Part shown: positions 58,175-64,000 of the stretch, in pieces
Numbering within the stretch: the first letter of the stretch is position 1
How the letters are laid out: each line of letters starts with the position of its first letter
Assembly: GCA_030141605.1 (NCBI GenBank)
Contig: JAQGDQ010000130.1
Coordinates: forward strand, 391,974-455,973
Source: Tubiluchus corallicola
Lineage: Eukaryota; Animalia; Priapulida
Length of the DNA stretch: 64,000 bases
Direction of reading: 5' to 3'
Position numbers and translations under genes: made by a program
The notes under the pieces: model-generated
Told to the model about the DNA's origin: nothing
Database searches by the model: none
Seen by the model: only the letters and a program-made list of their open reading frames with translations

Positions 58175-59910
58175 GCTTTAACAAAATCACAACATTACAA
58201 TAGAAGTAACCTTCCGAATGTTTTGCCAGCGATTCGAAGGGAAGTCTGACAAAGACCCAAAAGGTACTGCTCACGACCATGTCATTCTGTGCAATGCAAT
58301 TTAAATGTTGGCTTAGCGCGCTTTTCCTGTATTCCTGGACCCTGGTGCAGCACACCAATTTGACTGCTGAGGAGAGGCATAACTGAGCAGTGAGCCAATT
58401 GCAGTTCGCTGGGTCTTGAACACGCCTTGCAGGTTCTTCGAAAATTTGTCTATTATGATTTTTATTTGAGAGGCATTGCCCTTTTTTAGCTAGCCTACCA
58501 CTAAATAGTAAATATAATAATTGTATTCATGCAAATAGTATAGACAAATGTGAATGGATATGTTGTGTACTTAAATCTGATCGAAAGCAAAGATGGCACA
58601 GTAATGGTAGATAATGGTAATAACAATTAAGTGTTTTTTCTAAAGCAGATTTATAAACACGTTTTTACTTTTTACATGCTGACACAACCAGTACTTATAG
58701 TAGAGGTGGGAGCCATGCTTCAGTTCAACTTTATTTTCTCAATAATAGTTACAAACATGATAACAGTTATTTGACAATTTCGTCGTAACTGAGGAGCAGC
58801 GAAAGACCTGTTGGTCACTTAATTAGCCGGCCCTTATTAAAATTAAGTTTACTTATGGGCTTAGAAAAGGTTTTATGTGATTATTACACGAAAAACATTT
58901 CAATATTAAAATAAAGTTGAATTATAATGTATACTTAGTGAATTTTATAAGAAAGAGGCTGACAAGAACTGGACTTCATTGTTGAGTCAATGGAAGATGT
59001 ATCACGGTCTCAATATAAACATTTTTAGTGTATAACCTTCTGTATCTTGCACAGACTGCAATCTTGAAAGATATGAATAGTGCAAATCAAACAACGAAGC
59101 TAGGTCTGGAAATTTACTCGACCTTAACCCTGCTCACAAACACAGAGGAAGCAAAAATGATACACCATTAATTGTTATTCAAGAGAAAGCACGTGAGACA
59201 TATGCAAGTTGCCACGCACAGTCACGGTGTTGGAGAATCTGAAGTTCACGCCTGATCAAGTCTTCAATCACATCGTCAAGACTGCAGGCTGTGCGAGATG
59301 CAGGAGGCTTGCACACTAAAAACTGAGGGCCTGTTATACACATTGGTTAAGCAATAACTTTGTCATAATAAATTGCTCTGCACAATTACTTATTTTTGTA
59401 CACCCCTGGCTGAATATGATGTCACACACTCTACAATACGAATGCAGCGATTAGTGAGCAAACCACTGTCATATAGTGGCAAGAAACAACAACATGACTA
59501 TTAATTTAAATTTTTATCTGTCAATGTAACTATTACTATCATTGGACAAACATGAAACTGCGTGAGAATCAAGACTGTTTACTGGTTTGGTTTTCCAAAG
59601 TACCACATTACAAATATTTCTTACAAAATACAATTTTTTACAATATACTACGATAAATTAAGGAAAGGTATCACATGGAGCATGCATACTCACACATGCT
59701 AAACAAAGACTTTCTTGAACAGTGAATACAGTTTTAACAAATGAAGTAGTGATGTGCCTCCAAAAGTATTTAGGTATGGAGATGTTTGCAGCACCATTTC
59801 TCTCTCTGCTCGGAAGCTATCGATGTTGCCAGACATGATGAGAATATTCCCTTGATGCCCTTTTTCTGGCCACTTACTTACAAAGTTGACATTTTATTTT
59901 CCTACATACT

Positions 59911-62900
59911 TTACAGTATACTGTATGCCTCTTTAAAATAGTTCAAAACAGCAATATGTGTTTGCAAAGAATTGAGATGGCATCGCTCAGGCTTGGTAAG
60001 AACTTTTTCTGTCATCTCATGAATGTGGTGTTGAAAGACAGGAAAGGGAACTCCAAGCTTGAAAGAGATATCAAGCTGCAAAAGAGAAGATAAACATAAA
60101 TAATTGTCGTACATTCATTACACAGTTGAGGGCATTTCAAGATCTCTTTTGCTTAGAATAACATTATTAATGATACCATACAAAATGCAATATAGTGTAG
60201 AGAAAGAAATCTGCACTATGAAGAAACATTCCTAAACTTGTTAAGGAACTTACAGTTTCATAACTTGGTTCAATTAATTCCACATATAGCATACAGTACA
60301 GGGACTAAAGATAACGACTGTTCTTCGTTTTCAGTGCAAGATTAGTGGTTAACATGGTAAAATAATTATAAGAAAAGTAAAGAAATGTTGATTATCAGTC
60401 AGTCAGTCAGTGACAGCAAGTGGTTTTGACATTCACAAAAGGGTGCTGCCAGTCCCACAATGCACCAGTTCGCTGCCTCTAATAAGACACAAGAAGGCTA
60501 AAAAGAATTTCATTTTACAGACAGGCTCTAACTGTGTGAAATTAAAGGAAAACAGGATGATTTTTCACATTCTACCACATTTTGAAGGACGATAAAAGTA
60601 TACATTTTAACATTAATAATACTGTAAAAGCATGTCTGGTAATTAAATAAAAGATTAAAAGCTTAATTAATGTCGGGCAAAACCTCAATCATTGATGACA
60701 TCACAAATGAATATAATTTTCAACAGTACAAACATTCTATGAGTGAGTTTATGTACATGCGAAAGTGAAAATTGGAATACTGTATTACTGGACGAAACTC
60801 AGTGTGATATACTAAAAGTCAGCAAGTTTTAAGATAAAAATCCAAATTTCAAATTTGCCACTGTACTCAAGTGTCAGTGGTAAACACTGTCAAGCAAGAG
60901 TCTTCGAACGTGCGCACTTCGTCGCAAACAAACACCTCTGAACTGAGTAGCACAGTACCTGTTTTTTTTGCGTAACACATTTCTGAAATGCAGGCGCTAG
61001 TGCCAATCTAACCAATAAATGGCGAAATGCACGTAAGTGCGAAGAAGTAACTTGTCGCAATGTCATTCTTGAAAAAATAGTATGCTTCCTTTCAATATTT
61101 CAAAGAGTAGATTGTTTTGACCTACGGCTTCAGTTTTGATTTAAGAATCACGCATAAAAATTTAAACAGCATACTTAATACTTATGAGACAGATAAGACT
61201 GATGTTTAAACTCTGCTGAAACTTCTACTGCAATATAAAATCAGAAAACTTTGATCCAAAATGAATAAAAATGAATTAGAAGAATTTTTTGCAAACACAC
61301 CCAATCTGAGATGCAACTTAGAGGCGTTGTAACAAATCCAGCATATAAAGCAGGATTCTGCAGTAATCCACGAGCTGCCATGACACCTAAAATATGCAAC
61401 ATATTCTTCAATATATTCCCTGAATTTTTGCAGACTTCATGTTAATAGGCTAAATTACAACAAGTGTTTTTCAAATATTTTTCAGGACTATTAAATTTTA
61501 CTTGTGAAGCAAATTGCACATACTGTCAGAATTGATTTCATGTAACTATAGTGTCGGTTTCCAATGTTTAGTTACGCACAAGTTTTTCATCACAGCTCCT
61601 CTTTCTTGGAGTCAGGAGGTGACATAATCAATTCTACTTCTATACTTAATAGTCATACTTAAATTTACCAAGAATCAAATTTTAAATATGCATTTATAAT
61701 TATGATAATTGTCTACTAGCAAACTGCAGTGGCTGCTTTTATTTTATGAAAAACCAGAATGCGCAGTACTGGCCACTTTTACCTTGTCATAACTAGAGAG
61801 AAACTGATTATAAGCAATAAATTTGTGGAAGATTATTTTACTAGCTAACACTGCTCAGATTAGTAAACAATTGCTTACCTGTTTATTGATTTGTTTTGCT
61901 AGAGACTAAATAATTGGCACTTGCAAATAACCGCAAACAACTCATAATAAGTACAAAATGCAGCAACGAAAACTTCTGAGAGATACAGCCATTTTGCAGA
62001 CTTTGGCTAAGTTTTACAATTGCCTACACACATGAAGCAGTTTGTATAGGGTTAGTGTTAGGATTAGGGTTAGATTTAGGTTAGGGTTAAGGTTAGGGTA
62101 TTTAAATTGTGTAGAGAATTGTAAACTCCTTCCCAATCTTTTCTTGTCGATATTGTTATTCTCTACCATTGTTTGCATGTTTTTGCCTTGGTAACACTGA
62201 CATTACTATTCTTCAAGACTACACATTAGAAAGTAAGACAAATGCAGCGAAATTGATGATAGATGACTCATAATTCAAACAACAAAATATCATAAACGTT
62301 AGGTGACCATATGGTATTTTTAATTAAATCACCATTAAACTGAGAAATAAGCAGTTATATATTTGAAACTGTAGAGGTATACCATTCGACTCATTCACAT
62401 ACCGTTAACTCCAGTTTCTTGTTGTACTCTTTCAGTATCAGACAGTGACTTGATATCACCATTTGCTATCACAGGAATATGTAAACTGTCATTAATTGTT
62501 TTAATTGCTTCATAATTGGCTGGCTCACAACGCTGTTTGGGAGTGCGGCCGTGAACAGTTATGAAAGACACAGAAGCCGACTCAGCCTTTTTGCACAAAT
62601 CAACTGTCTTCCTGTATTTGTAGTATCAAAGAAATTATTACTCAAAAAAAACAGTTGGAGCTTCTTTCTGTCATTTCAGAGTTTTACTAAAATAAGAGAA
62701 TAAATCTGATAATGTAAATAACGTAGGAAGTTATTTAGTGATGTAACATTGCAGAGAACTGCCAAAAAACAGAAACGTTCAGAATATCATCTGCATCATT
62801 TCTTTACAGATAAGTATTAATGTGTTACATTGCCAAACCTGATTTTAAAACTAATTTTTATACCTGATATTATCGTGTATTCGTATCTTAATTGACAAGG

Positions 62901-63699
62901 TAAATCTGCTGTCAGGAATACGATTCTTTGCCTGTCTGATCATGTCACTGACAAGCTCTGGCTTCTGGAGTAGACAAGCACCATAACCCTCTGCCATAGC
63001 CCATCTGAACATACACAAAAAACTACTGTATATAAAAAAAGTTTACTGAAATTTTGAAACTATCAATTAAAAGTAAAATGGCCTCATTACATGCTTGATA
63101 GTTAGTTTTGAGCAGCAAATTTATCTATTTTTATCTATTTCAGCATGCTAGTGCATGACACACTAGTTGTAATCTGTTACTGATGCTTTAATTTAACCAA
63201 AATATTCCATAATTATCCATCATAATTTCAGTACAATTCTCTACTGCTAAATTTTTTTTAATTTATTTACTTTTAAACTGTAAAACTAAAAGTCTTTTTG
63301 TAACTAATTTAATTCATTTCCTTTTACAAACTACAGGACATTATATCATTTATCACATAAACGTTTTGTGTCTATCAACAAAAAAATTCTTTCCTTAAAA
63401 AAGGAGCGGCCGAAGTAGTGACCAATGCATCTTTCACTGGTCCTACTCACATAATGTATTATTGAAATTGCTACTACTGCACATTGCATATGAAATGAAT
63501 GTTGAGGTAATAAACTGACTGAACTGAATTAATCTGTATACACCATACGAATGCATTATTATGTGCTTCATCATAGTTAAAGAAACTCAGAAAAACATTT
63601 AAAAATTCTTTGCATGAAACTGCGAAATACTAAGAACAACAATAATTTTGAACAAACCTTTGTGGACAGCCACAGTTCAGGTCTACACCATCAGCAAAC
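59911..63699 (-). CDS. DUS4L: tRNA-dihydrouridine(20a/20b) synthase DUS4-like, 3' five exons (5' part outside window)
   Basis: Exons 63658-63699 (ADGVDLNCGCPQR), 62864-63004 (WAMAEGYGACLL...SIKIRIH), 62403-62611 (ITVHGRT...PVIANGDI), 61301-61386 (GVMAARGLLQNPALYAG), 59911-60075 (FQHHIHEM...*); phases consistent; NCGCPQRW..EGYG is the DUS4 type. Confidence 0.92.
60900..61120. repeat. Interspersed repeat family B, inverted copy
   Basis: See 13380-13645. Confidence 0.7.
62008..62133. mobile_element. Family D, second copy
   Basis: TTTACAATTGCCTACACA...TGTGTAGAGAATTGTAAA arms; shares GTTAGGGTATTTAAATTGTGT with 39586-39717. Confidence 0.65.
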
Positions 63700-64000
63700 C
63701 TACAAAATAGAGAATTTAATATTACAAGTTTTAGTATAAACAGACTGGTATGTGGCAAACTTGATCCGATATTTTTATCAACATAATAACCACACATAAT
63801 GTTTAAACGTTTATGAAAAGAAAACAATCTTCTGTTTACTGCTAGCAAACTTTTTTTGCTTGTTGAGCGTATAAAAATTTAAAATAATACAAATTTAGAG
63901 TAAATAAATTTTAAAACTTTACGACATTCAAAAACCTAAAGAAAATTGCTACCAATAGACGAAACATTGTTTTTGTTGTAATAAAAGTTTAAACATTATA

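Noticed and set aside
58020-58358. 112-aa ORF across the transposon end as a possible transposase
   Set aside because: No DDE or other recognisable motif; it crosses the TIR boundary
58785-58825. CTGAGGA-GCAGC-GAAA-GACC-TGTT-GGTC hammerhead-like string
   Set aside because: The U needed before the cleavage site is absent (A follows stem III) and no stem I is evident
1-64000. Functional cluster linking 4.1, VPS26C, SLC23, TMEM218 and DUS4L; tRNA/rRNA genes; U12 introns
   Set aside because: No shared pathway can be shown from sequence; no cloverleaf or rRNA recognised; all inferred introns are GT-AG without the U12 donor consensus

Overview
AT-rich, intron-rich animal (probably invertebrate) nuclear DNA; most short ORFs in the supplied track are intronic noise. 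By hand-splicing GT-AG exons with consistent phases I can support five protein-coding genes: (1) a protein 4.1/coracle (EPB41-family) FERM gene on the minus strand, ATG at 20982, 11 coding exons running off the left edge; (2) an intronless VPS26C/DSCR3 gene (minus, 31523-32422); (3) head-to-head with it, a 14-coding-exon SLC23/NCS2 transporter (plus, 32966-50149, 652 aa) whose NAT motif reads ENIG (nucleobase type); (4) TMEM218 (minus, 3 coding exons, 127 aa); (5) the 3' five exons of DUS4L (minus). Introns and intergenic DNA carry several non-autonomous DNA transposons, a CR1-like LINE fragment, a 54-bp minisatellite and hammerhead-like motifs of the Penelope type. The most interesting unexplained signal is in the 4.1 gene: introns hold phase-compatible candidate internal first exons (one encoding a hydrophobic, Cys-rich leader fused to the FERM C-lobe) and a pair of 30-nt microexons. 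These are predictions from splice signals only. I see no evidence for a wholly new multi-gene system.
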